A stretch of 64,000 nt of DNA, taken from Sphagnum compactum (Eukaryota). Both the position numbers and the translations under genes were made by a program. Of the stretch, positions 36,416 to 48,720 are shown piece after piece. Position 1 is the stretch's first letter; each line of letters begins with the position of its first letter. The DNA is taken from assembly GCA_965153455.1 (NCBI GenBank), contig OZ234493.1, forward strand, positions 19,396,213 to 19,460,212, written 5' to 3'. The notes beneath the pieces were generated by a model, which had not been told where the DNA came from, ran no database searches, and saw only the letters and a list, made by a program, of their open reading frames with translations.

Positions 36416-39379
36416 CTTTTTAAAGTATTTTCTTGAACCATACATTTCTTTACACGGTCTTGTGGCGACTTAAAGATTATAAATTATTGTCAATTACAAC
36501 TTCCATTCATATAAACATCACCAAGATAGGAGGTTGAAAACTATGCCACGTGACAAAAAGATGAAGAAATTAACCTTTTTTCTTTATCGGGAATAATGCC
36601 TTGTATGCCAAGCATTCTTTAAATTTCACCCCTAGGCTTCAAACTACCGCCCATAGCTCTAAGAGGTTGTCTTTTTGGAATGCATTTTCATAGAATGCAT
36701 GGGGTTACCATAGAAGCATTCAATGCTGTAAGGAATGAAAAATAAATATCTTATAACATCCATTGAAAAGAATGTATGGACAAAACACATATATTCTTCA
36801 TGTACATATTTGTAATGGATGTGAATTCAATGGTAGGTGGGCAAGGATGAATGTAGATGAATGTGGATGAATTTCATCCATCCATGATTGTCAAACATTA
36901 TTGCACAAATGAAAAATCAAACAAAGGAAAAGGACATTTATGAATATTGCATTCAAGCCATACCATTATACATTGAATGATCACATTTCAAGGTCAAGGG
37001 ATTTGCTATTTTTTTTTACATCTAGAGGTTGTGTGAATTTCAATCTTGTATGCATACAATTCACCTTTGCCTTACATGCACTCCATTGTTTCTTATGATT
37101 TTTTGGGTTTTTATTATTAAATTAAAAAAATTGTTATGATTAAAAAATCCATAGTTTTTGTTGGGTTCTACCGTATAGCATAAAAAGCTATTGTTGTTTT
37201 CACATGTATTTACAAGCACGAAAGTTTCCCTGCTGAGTTTTTTAAATGGTCTTCTCCTTAAGTGGGAACTTTTCAAATTTAGAACATTGTGTAGTAGATG
37301 TGTTTTAAGCATGGGAAAGCCTTAAGGGAGTGCATTTTTAAAAAAATGGTTTGCCTTGGCTTTACCTCATGAGAGCCATTTATTTTAGGATTGTTCTTCC
37401 CTAAGGCTTGATTTAACACAAAATGTGAAGGATCCACAAAAAGTTTAAACATCCATGCTTAAACCTTTTTTATCTTCATAAATTGTGTTTACAGCAAAAT
37501 TTAGTTAAATTGTCTTACAAATGATTGTCATTATAACTACATCACAAAAATGAATGAGGAAAAAAACACTATAGAGGAATTTCTTCCTTGACCCCCTCCA
37601 ATTTAGAAGAAGATGAAAAATCAAAGTAGGACTAGGTATATCACAATGCCCAAAATTTAAAAATGAAGAAAAAGATTTTTTTAATTTTTTAAAATAGGAA
37701 AAATGGCAAAGCATCAACAACAATGCCCCCCCCCCCCCCCCCCCCTCTTTTACTAGTAATCTCATGCATTTTTTATTAAAAATAAATATGGTCTTGAAAC
37801 TTGGGTGTTTTTTCCCCCATTTTTTTTCCATTTTTTGAATTTACACAAAATATCAAAAAATCCATTTTTTTAGCCACAAAGTTTTTTAAATGATTTTCTT
37901 AGTGACGCCGTGGTATTGGGATTGATGATTTTTATTTTATTTTTGATTTTTTCGATTTTGCTAAGTTGGCAATCATAAATGCCAATATTTTGCCATGGCT
38001 CCACAAGAGAACTCATTGTGGATTTTTTCAAAAATCCTTCATTAATGTGACTACAAGTGTTATAGCCTATGGTAGAAATTTGGCAATTTATATTATAAAT
38101 ACCTCTAATGTAATATTCATTTAAATCAAAAATATTTTTGTCAATATAAGGTTTAACAAATAAATATTTTCATTTATTATATATAAGTGATGATAAAAAC
38201 ATTTGTTAAAGAAGTTATATTTCCATGGATGAATATTCTGTTATCTATTTTTATCAAGTGAAGCCCACAATAAAATAATTGTAAGTTAAAAACTTTATAT
38301 GTAATATGTTACATGTTATGTATTTTATATCTTATAAAAAAGACATATTATATAATATTTATTATAAATTTATATGTTAAAAAATATTTCACTTCGATTT
38401 TGTTATGTTGTAAACATCTTTTAGCATTTTATTGAATAAAGGCAGAAAATAAAATCTGGCTTGTTTTTCAGAATTAATCTAGAATTTTATTTCAAAAATA
38501 CATATTTTCGATTTATGACTGATAACATTTATACATAAAATAACAATAGATTATATCATTAATTGATATAATAAATACAGTGAAATTTTTTTATGTAGAA
38601 ATAATTTGAAATATTAAAAATTTAGGTAAATTATATTATTAAATATTTTTTAAAAATTAAGAATAAAAATTAAATAGAATAACATATTATTTATTATTTA
38701 TTATATTATTTATTTAAATTAATTATTTAAATGATCCAAAAATAAAATACATTAAAAATATTTTGATTATATAAAAATGGAATATGTATATTTATTATTT
38801 ATTATTTAAAAATAAAATAAATATATCTTAAATAAAAATATTTTAAATGGTTTTTTATATTTAAATAATACCTAAATTATGTAATTATAAATAATATGCT
38901 AATTGATAATACAAAATCTTTTAAGAACTTATTAATAGTATTCCAATTAATTAATATGAATAAATAATATAAATAATAAATAATAAATAATTTGCTTACA
39001 TATTTATTTATTTGGAATTTTATTGTAGTTCATTTGGGTTCAAAATAATGGAATATGTTGATTTATTTTTAATGAATCTACATATCATTATTATATTATA
39101 TTACTGAAATAAATTATTATATATATATATAAACACATATTTTCATCTTTTTATTTCTTAAAAATTGTCTTTACATTGTAAGAAATGAAGGCCCAAATTA
39201 ATATATGGCAATTAAATTCAAAATTGTATGTAGAGTAAATTTCTAAATGTATCCTAAGTTGGTTTAAATCACATTCTAATTTGTCATATTGTAACTATTT
39301 GATGTAATAAAAGGTTATGATAAATTAATTATATTAAATAAATAATGACATGGTGAAATTTCAAGTGAAGAATTTCAAT

Positions 39380-39494
39380 CACTACTACAAAATGTGGGTG
39401 TAGTTCATTAATCCTTGTTCATTAAACTAGTGAATTCAATCAAAATCCAATGAAATCACTTGGTGTACAAGGACACATTTTAATTGTTGTAATG
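39380..39494. mobile_element. CACTA-type MITE
   Basis: CACTACTACAAAA...TTGTTGTAATG with AAT TSD. Paralog at 48610-48720. Confidence 0.75.
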
Positions 39495-41550
39495 AATGAA
39501 AGTGAAAGAATTCTTTGGTAGTAAAGAACTCCACCTAAAGTGGGCCAAAATGACTACATGGTGATCATGCAATAGGCATGGTGGAATGGGGAAAGGATGT
39601 GGTCAAATTATTTCACAAAATAAATAGCACTATGATTTAGGCTAACGAAATAAGATGGATTATGTAGTAGTGTTTGGAACCATTTTGGAAAGATAAGCAT
39701 GTGAGCACACTTGGACCAATGACATAGGTTACATTAGATTTATGCTATTGCGAATTTGGATTTCAAATTGAACAAACTAATCTCTTTGTATCATACAAAG
39801 CAAAAAATGATTAGAAATCACAAAAGAAAATTTAGAAATTTAGTATTGGGAAGATCTAAATCAAAATAAAAAATTGAGAATTCTTTTTTTAAATGTCAAA
39901 AATATTGGTTCAAAACTAAATCTTCCTTAAAATGATTTGTTGTTTTAAAAAAGTTCAAAATTTTAAAAAATCATGACATGAAGGAAAATTATGTTTCAAA
40001 CTTTGTTCACATTTGGGTTAGTGACACAGGCCACATTAGTTAAGATGAGAAAACAAATTTAAAACAAATTTATCATCAACGGCAATGCACCCCCTTTCTT
40101 TTTGTTAGGCCTAAATGTGCAACTAGTTAAGTTGCCTTTTTCTGACACGTGAATTGCACTCTTGAGCCAATGGAAGGATCAGTCCAATTTTCATATATAA
40201 TTCATTATTCATTTGACTAATTTAAAATGAGTTTAAAAGCACAATGAATAAAATCTCTATTTGGAATGCCACAACATTTTAACATGTGAAATGTAGACAA
40301 CCCAAAAATCTCTAGGACATTAAAATATTGTCTTGTGCACATTATGTATTGATGGCAATACTTCAAATATTATACAAATCAATTAGTGAGTGGATCAAAA
40401 TTATTGTTTCTATTTTGATTCATCGTTATGATTCTCAATGGATTTTTTGTGTTCATGCATTCACCTTTTTTAATCCATTTGGTTGTCATTCATCCATTTT
40501 TGAATTGTATCCATCTATAAGTTATTACATATGTATTATGATACATAACATTGTGTATAGTATTTATTTTGGAATTAATGAAGACCATCCAAAAAGTGAA
40601 CAACTTTCATCCGTGTTTGTAATCTATTTTGACCTATTATCAAGGGCACAATCTATGAAAGTGCATTCCCAACAACATCCTCTTGGCTCCATAGTTTCAA
40701 ATGAAAGAATGCCCTCCTATTCATGGCATTCCTATATATAGAATGATCAATTCATCTCACATTAGTATCAATCCATTCATGTTAATTGCACGAATTTGTA
40801 GAATTTTGTCAACAATTATACAACCATAAAGAATTTTTGCAAAACATAAAGTAGTACATGAAATTGGATGGTAGCTAGCTTGGACTAGTTACTAGGCAAT
40901 AGTTCAAGGCCTTTGCCTCCTTTTGTACATTTTGTTACATTTGTACATGTTAAAAAAAATTCGGACAAAAAGTCAAAATTTGAAGCATAGGTAGGTATCC
41001 ATTTTTTTTATTCAAAATGCCATATTAGGAAAGCATCCCACATACATGATATGCAATGAGTGGATAGTAGGGGAAATAGTGGATGAACGTAGAATCAAAC
41101 CCTACAACCCCTGCACCCATTACTATGACAAGTTCTGGACAAAGAGACATGAGCCTATATTTAATAGTAGTTTATGAACAAAAATACTTGTATTGTTTAC
41201 GTAGCAAAACAAGAAAACCATATGAAAAAGGGTTGGATTGAACCAACATTGCCAATCAATGATGTAGCAATTGGTGGATGAGGCTTTTAAAACGTTTTGG
41301 GGTGAACCTTGTATTGGACCCAACTGGGCCCACTTAGTTGTATATAAATATTAGTTTTCTTTCATTGTCCCACATTTTGGGAATTTCCTACCTACCTCCC
41401 TCTTTCTACTTATACTACATTGGGTTGGATGTATACTATAAGTGTGTAGTAGGTTTGCTAAAAAACAAATTCTAAACTAAATTGCACAATATCTCAATCA
41501 CAACATTTTGGCCACATTTGGTTGGCGGTATAGTGGTAATAACTATAAAA

Positions 41551-41704
41551 CATTACTACAAAATGTGAATGCAATTCATCAGTCCTCATTCACTAGACGA
41601 ATGAATTCACTACTTCCCCACTAGGTCTCGTTCACTATAACCAATGAATTCACTCATAATCCAATGAAATCACTTGGTGTATAGGGACACCTTTTCTTGT
41701 AATG
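41551..41704. mobile_element. CACTA-type MITE (duplicate of 35313-35466)
   Basis: Same termini and AAA TSD. Confidence 0.7.
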
Positions 41705-42403
41705 AAAATGAGGTAAAAAAACCATGACAATGGGGAAGAAAACATGAAGGTTTTGACTAATGGAGTTATCCTCACCAAGCCCAATAGAAGGAAAAACAAA
41801 CACCAAGTCTTTAATCAATGCATTGAAGGACCTCACAACAATGAAATGAACATGTTTATTTCACATTTTTGTGCATTATGTGTATATGTGCAAGCAAGAA
41901 ATTACATAACAAATATAGAGGTAGGTAGATAAATAAGTGATTAATATTTTCATACATGCCAACCTATACCTATTTAAATCTATGCCCTATCCACAACCAA
42001 TCAACCTATCTACCCAGCGATCCACAACCAATCAACCTACCTACCCAGCAATCCACAACCTACCTTCTAATTACCTAGCTAACTAGTTGCTACCTATCCA
42101 CAACCTATGTATTTACTTACCTACCTACCCACCTACCTACCTATCAACAACCTACCTACCTAGATTATGCTTACCCAAAACCAACCTACTAGCTACCTAT
42201 CTACCTACAATAAACTTACCCACAACCAACCAACCAACCAACCTACATAACCTATGTGTTTACTTGTGTTTGGGGTGTAGGATTCAATTCAGTTTCACTA
42301 ATCTTTATGATTAGAACAAGTTTAGAATTAACCAAGAGCTTAGAGCATAATTCAATATTTTCCAATGACTAACAGTTTTAGAAATATGATTAAAATTTTC
42401 ATC

Positions 42404-42543
42404 CACTACAACAAAAGGTGTCCCTTTATGCCAAGTGATTTCACTGGATTTTGAATGAATTCACTCGTTGTAGTGAACGGGGACCAGTGAAAAAGCAGTG
42501 AATTCGCTGGTCTAGTGAATTACACCCACATTTTGTAGTAGTG
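42404..42543. mobile_element. CACTA-type MITE, 140 bp, with an empty paralogous site
   Basis: CACTACAACAAAA...TTTTGTAGTAGTG with ATC TSD. Copy 1 has a single ATC at the same position (ttttc-atc-attatt, about 36134). Confidence 0.92.
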
Positions 42544-44729
42544 ATCATTATTTAAAGTAGCATTTTTATTTCATTGAATGATTATCTAAGTTCCAAAGAT
42601 GGGGGGTTTATTCCCACATATATATTTACATTCCATTATGATATTTGAAATGTTTAAAATCATCACATGCATAAAGCACTAAACATGTTTTCCCTTTGAA
42701 ATATTTGCCCATTATAAACCAAATTAACCCCCCCCTCCTCCACCCCCATTCGCCCCCCCTTGTTAGTGCTAATGCATTATACAAGATTGTAATGCATAGT
42801 GCATTACAATCTTGTGTAATGCATTCCTTTTAAAGTATTTTCTTGAACCATACATTTCTTTACACGGTCTTGTGGTGACTTAGAGATTCAAAATTATTGT
42901 CAATTACAACTTCCATTCATATAAACATCACCAAGATAGGAGGTTGAAAACTATGCCACGTGACAAAAAGATGAAGACATTAACCTTTTTTCTTTATTGA
43001 GAGTGATGCCTTGTATGCCAAGCATTCTTTAAATTTCACCCCTAGGCTTCAAACTACCGCCCATAGCTCTAAGAGGTTGTCTTTTTGGAATGCATTTTCA
43101 TAGAATGCATGGGGTTACCATAGAAGCATTTCAATGCTGTAAGGAATGAAAAATAAATATCTTATAACATCCATTGAAAAGAATGTATGGACAAAACACA
43201 TATATTCTTCATGTACATATTTGTAATGGATGTGAATTCAATGGTAGGTGGGCAAGGATGAATGTAGATGAATGTGGATGAATTTCATCCATCCATGATT
43301 GTCAAACATTATTGCACAAATGAAAAATCAAACAAAGGAAAAGGACATTTGCATGAATATTGCATTCAAGCCATACCATTATACATTGAATGATCACATT
43401 TCAAGGTCAAGGGATTTGCTTTTTTTTTTTACATCTAGAGGTTGTGTGAATTTCAATCTTGTATGCATACAATTCACCTTTGCTTTACATGCATTCCATT
43501 GTCTACTATGATTTTTTGGGTTTTTATTATTAAATTAAAAAAATTATTTTGATAAAAAAATCCATAGTTTTTGTTGGGTTCTACCATATAGCATAAAAAG
43601 CTATTGTTGTTTTCACATGTATTTACAAGCATGAAAGTTTCCTTGCTGAGTTTTTAAAATGGCCCTCTCCTTAAGTGGGAACTTTTCAAATTTAACACAT
43701 TGTGTACTAGATGTGTTTTAAGCATGGGAAAGCCTTAAGGGAGTGCATTTTTAAAAAAATGGTTTGCCTTGGCTTACCTCATGAGAGCCAATTATTCTGG
43801 GATTGTTTTTCCCTAAGGCTTGATTTAACACAAAATGTGAAGGATCCACAAAAAGTTTAAACATCCATGCTTAAACCTTTTTTATCTTCATAAATTGTGT
43901 TTATAGCAAAATTTAGTTAAATTGTCTTACAAATGATTGTCGTTATAACTACATCACAAAAATGAAGGAAGAAAAAAACACTGAAGAGGATTTCCTTCCT
44001 TGACACCCTCCCATTTAGAAGAAGATGAAAAATCAGAGTTGGACTAGTTACATCACAATGCCCAAAATTTAAAAATGAAGAAAAAGATTTTTAAAAAATA
44101 AAATAGGAAAAATGGCAAAGCATCAACAACAATGTCCCCCTCCCCACTTTTACTAGGAATCTCATGCATTTTTTATTTTAAAATTATGGTTTTGAAACTT
44201 TGGTGTTTTTTTCCCAATTTTTTTTCCATTTTTTGAATTTACACAAAATATCAAAAATATCCTTTTTTTCAGCCATAACTTTTTAAAAATGATTTTCTTA
44301 GTGATGCCATGGTATTGGGATTGATGATTTTAATTTTATTTTTGAGTTTTTCGATTTTGCTAAGTTGGCAATCATAAATGCCAATATTTTGCCATCGCTC
44401 CACAAGAGAACTCATTGTGGATTTTTTCAAAAATCCTTCATTAATGTGACTACAAGTGCTATAGCCTATGGTAGAAATTTGGCAAATTTTTTTAAAAAAA
44501 TCGTCTGAAATTTTGCGAATTTTAGGCCATTTAAAAAAATAAAATCGATTGCGTTGTTGTTGTTGGCCACATTTTTTTTTCAAAAAATGATGAAAATTCG
44601 CCACATTAAAAAACATTGATTGGGACATATGAAATGTGGGCATGGGGAAAATGTTTCTCCCCCCCCCTAAGAAAAGGACAAAAAGGAATGTCATTGATGA
44701 CAATGCCCTTTCCCTTCTGTCCATCCTTT

Positions 44730-45355
44730 CAGACCTTCTACCACTAAAAAATTTTTGGCACTAAAACGCCACTAACTACACTAAGTGGTGACCCGAGGAA
44801 TGAAAATCCGAGGAAGAAAAAAAATAGTTAACTTAGAGGTTGTCACAACCCGAGGATGAAAAAAAATAGTTAACTTAGAGGTTGTCACAACCCGAGGATC
44901 AAAAAAAAGAGTTAACTTAGAGGTTGTCACAACCCGAGGATGAAAAAAAAATAGTTAACTTAGTTAACTACTGTAGTGGAAAAAGTTTGAAGAATTTCTG
45001 CTGGCAACCCTTGCAGACCTTCTACCATTAAAAAATTTTGGCACTAAAACGCCACTAACTACACTAAGTGGTAACCCGAGGAATGAAAATCCGAGGAAGA
45101 AAAAAAATAGTTAACTTAGAGGTTGTCACAACCCGAGGATGAAAAAAAATAGTTAACTTAGAGGTTGTCACAACCCAAGGATGAAAAAAAAAAGTTAACT
45201 TAGAGGTTGTCACAACCCGAGGATGAAAAAAAATAGTTAACTTAAAGGTTGTCACAACCCGAGGATGAAAAAAAATAGTTAACTTAGAGATTGTCACAAC
45301 CCGAATATGAAAAAAAATAGTTAAAGTAGTTAACTTTGTAGTGGTAGAAGGTCTG
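44730..45355 (+). mobile_element. Non-autonomous hAT-like dimeric element with an internal 42-bp minisatellite
   Basis: 17-bp TIR CAGACCTTCTACCACTA / TAGTGGTAGAAGGTCTG and perfect 8-bp TSD CATCCTTT. A second internal left end starts at 45014. Confidence 0.92.
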
Positions 45356-45445
45356 CATCCTTTCCCTACTAGGAAAAGAAAAACATGATTTATTATAATA
45401 ATTATTTTCTCACATTCCTCTCACCATCCTCCCTTTCTTGGCGGA

Positions 45446-45631
45446 GGCGAATTGACCCTCACATTGGGATTATGGTAAAAACAAAAAAAACCCCAAAACC
45501 CATTTAAACTATTTATAAATACTCTAAATATTTATAAATATCATCTCCATATACTAAATTAAAGTCCTTCATCCAAATCTATAAACTTTGGGGTTTTTTA
45601 ACCATGATCAGAATGTCAGGGTCAATTTGCC
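45446..45631. mobile_element. MITE of the same family as 2556-2755 and 5939-6146
   Basis: ggcgaattgaccctcacattgggat ... atcagaatgtcagggtcaatttgcc, with similar internal sequence. Confidence 0.65.
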
Positions 45632-46330
45632 CTAGCCCCCTTTGCTAAGGAAAAAGAGGATTGTAGTTGTGCACTAATTGTTTTTGCCCTCACCCTAAAG
45701 ATGTAGCTATTCAAAAGAATGTAATTTGTTTGTTTCTCATGTTGAGACTTGAGACCTCCCAAATTGTGGTGATTTAGACCATGTTCTTGGTATCTTTGGA
45801 AAGCTTATGACAGACATTACGGGTGATTTTCTATTGTTTCCACTGACATTGTATAAATTATTGGATATTTATTTTGTTTCATTGAAAATTAAATCAATAC
45901 TTAAGTAAAAAATTTCAAAGGAATTAGGGTGCATTCTAGATTTTTTTGAAAAACTTGTCAATTAGGATATAATGGAATTAATTTCGTAATTTTCAGACCT
46001 AAGGTATTGGAGACACTATAATATGAGTGATTTGAAAATTCAAATATAATCCAAAAATAGATTCAAAGACAAAACATATGAGGTATGTATTTTACTTGTG
46101 CCTTAGTTTAAAATTGAGATGCAATTAAACCTTTTCTAAAAACCAAATTTAATTAGCAATATCCTTCTCATATTATGTCCAAATGAAATTATTTAAACTT
46201 CCTTCTGAAATGTTTTCCAAAATCTACACAAAAAAATATTGAGAATATTTAAAATATATTTGAATTGAAGAAAATTGCATGTAAATCTTGCATTTCAATA
46301 CATTTCAACAATGATGTCTTGAAAACATTT

Positions 46331-46999
46331 CAGACCTTCTACCACTACAAAGTTAACTACTTTAACTATTTTTTTTCATATTCGGGTTGTGACAATCTCT
46401 AAGTTAACTATTTTTTTTCATCCTCGGGTTGTGACAACCTTTAAGTTAACTTTTTTTTTTCATCCTCAGGTTGTGACAACCTCTAAGTTAACTTTTTTTT
46501 TTCATCCTCGGGTTGTGACAACCTCTAAGTTAACTATTTTTTTTCATCCTCGGGTTGTGACAACCTCTAAGTTAACTATTTTTTTTCATCCTCGGGTTGT
46601 GACAACCTCTAAGTTAACTATTTTTTTTCTTCCTCGGATTTTCATTCCTCGGGTTACCACTTAGTGTAGTTAGTGGCGTTTTAGTGCCAAAATTTTTTAA
46701 TGGTAGAAGGTCTGCAAGGGTTGCCAGCAGAAATTCTTCAAACTTTTTCCACTACAGTAGTTAACTAAGTTAACTTTTTTTTTTTCATCCTCGGGTTGTG
46801 ACAACCTCTAAGTTAACTTTTTTTTTTTCATCCTCGGGTTGTGACAACCTCTAAGTTAACTATTTTTTTTCATCCTCGGGTTGTGACAACCTCTAAGTTA
46901 ACTATTTTTTTTCTTCCTCGGATTTTCATTCCTCGGGTCACCACTTAGTGTAGTTAGTGGCGTTTTAGTGCCAAAATGTTTTTAGTGGTAGAAGGTCTG
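46331..46999 (-). mobile_element. Second copy of the hAT-like dimeric element, inverted
   Basis: Same TIRs, perfect 8-bp TSD AAACATTT (46323-46330 and 47000-47007), and one extra 42-bp unit. Confidence 0.92.
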
Positions 47000-48609
47000 A
47001 AACATTTTGTTTATTTAACTATCATTATCTTTTTCATGCTTTGTCCAAATGAAAGAAAGTTTTAAAATATGATTTTTTTTTGTATTACAAATACATTTCA
47101 ATTATGAAATTTAATAGAAATAATTCATAAAATATGATGTATCAACATATAATAATGTTAATATCAAGACCATTTAATGTTTAGTATATTTAAAAAATAA
47201 AATACGTTTAAATATGGTATATTAAATACATACATGTTAAATTTTATATTATAATATGAATTTGATTATATAATTATAAAATATAAATTAAATTTGAAAT
47301 ATATATAGTTTTAAAATAAAAAATTTATTAGAAATTATAAATACCTCTAATGTAATATTCATTTTAATCACAAATATTTTTATCAATATAGCATATAACA
47401 AATAAATATTTTCATACAATTATATATAAGTGATGATAAAGATATTCGATAAATAAGTTATATTTCCATGGATGAATATTATGTTATCCATTTTGATCAA
47501 ATGAAGCACACAATAAAATAATTGTTAGTTAAAAACTTTATATGTAATATTTACAAATTTTTACATGTTATGTATTTTATATCTTATATAAAAAAGACAT
47601 ATTATATAATATTTACTATATATTTCTATGTTAAAAAATATTTGACTTTGATTTTGTTATGTTATGAACATCTTTTAGCATTTTATTGAATAAAGGCAGA
47701 AAATAAAATCTGGCTTATTTTTCAGAATTAAATTAATATTTTATTTCAATAATATATATATTCAATATATGACTGATAATATTTATAAATAAACTAAAAA
47801 TAAATTATATCATTAATTGATATAATAAATACAGTGAATTTTTTTATGTAAAAATATTTTACAATAAATTTCAGTATTAAGAAATTAGATAAATTATATT
47901 ATTAAATAATTTAAAATTTTAAGAATAAAAATTAATAAAATAAAATAAAATATATTACGTATTATATAATTTTAAAAATAAAAATACATTAAAAATATTT
48001 TGATTTTATATAATTGGAATATGTATATTTAATATTCATTATTTAAAAATGTAATAAAGATATTTTAAGTAAAATATCCTAAATGGTTTTTAACATTTAA
48101 ATAATGTAATTATAAATAATATGTTAATTGATAGTAATTTTTAATTTTTAATATTATTCAAATTAATTAATATGAATAATTAAATAATAATTAATTTCCT
48201 TATTATTTATTTATTTGGAATCTTATTGTAGTTCATTTGGGTTCAAAATAATGGAATATGTTGATTAATTTAAATTAATGTATATATTGTATTACATTAT
48301 ATTACTGAAATATATTATTTATAATATAATAAAATATATATTTATATTGAATATATGTATTAATGCACATTTTCATTTTTTTATTTCTTGAAAATTGTCT
48401 TTACATTGTAAGAAATGAAGGCTGAAATTAATATATGGCAATTAAATTCAAAATTGTACATAAAATAAATTTATAAATGTATCCTAAGTTGGTTTAAATC
48501 ACATTCTAATTTGTCATATCGTAACAATTTGATGTAATAAAAGGTTATGATAAATTAATTATATTAAATAAATAATGACATGTTGAAATTTCAAGTGAAG
48601 AATTTCAAT

Positions 48610-48720
48610 CACTACTACAAAATGTGAGTATAGTTCACTAGTCCCGGTTCATTAGACCAGTGAATTCACTCAAAATTCAGTGAAATCATTTGGCGTACAA
48701 GGACACCTTTTGTTGTAATG
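48610..48720. mobile_element. CACTA-type MITE (duplicate of 39380-39494)
   Basis: CACTACTACAAAA...TTTTGTTGTAATG with AAT TSD. Confidence 0.75.

Noticed and set aside
40328-40741. 137-aa ORF in the duplicated segment
   Set aside because: No motifs, and the paralogous copy at about 49530-49910 is broken by stops and frameshifts.
44800-46930. CRISPR-like appearance and 14-aa repeat ORFs (SKLTIFFHPRVVTT)
   Set aside because: The units are contiguous with no unique spacers and there are no cas genes. It is a minisatellite inside a TIR element in eukaryotic DNA.
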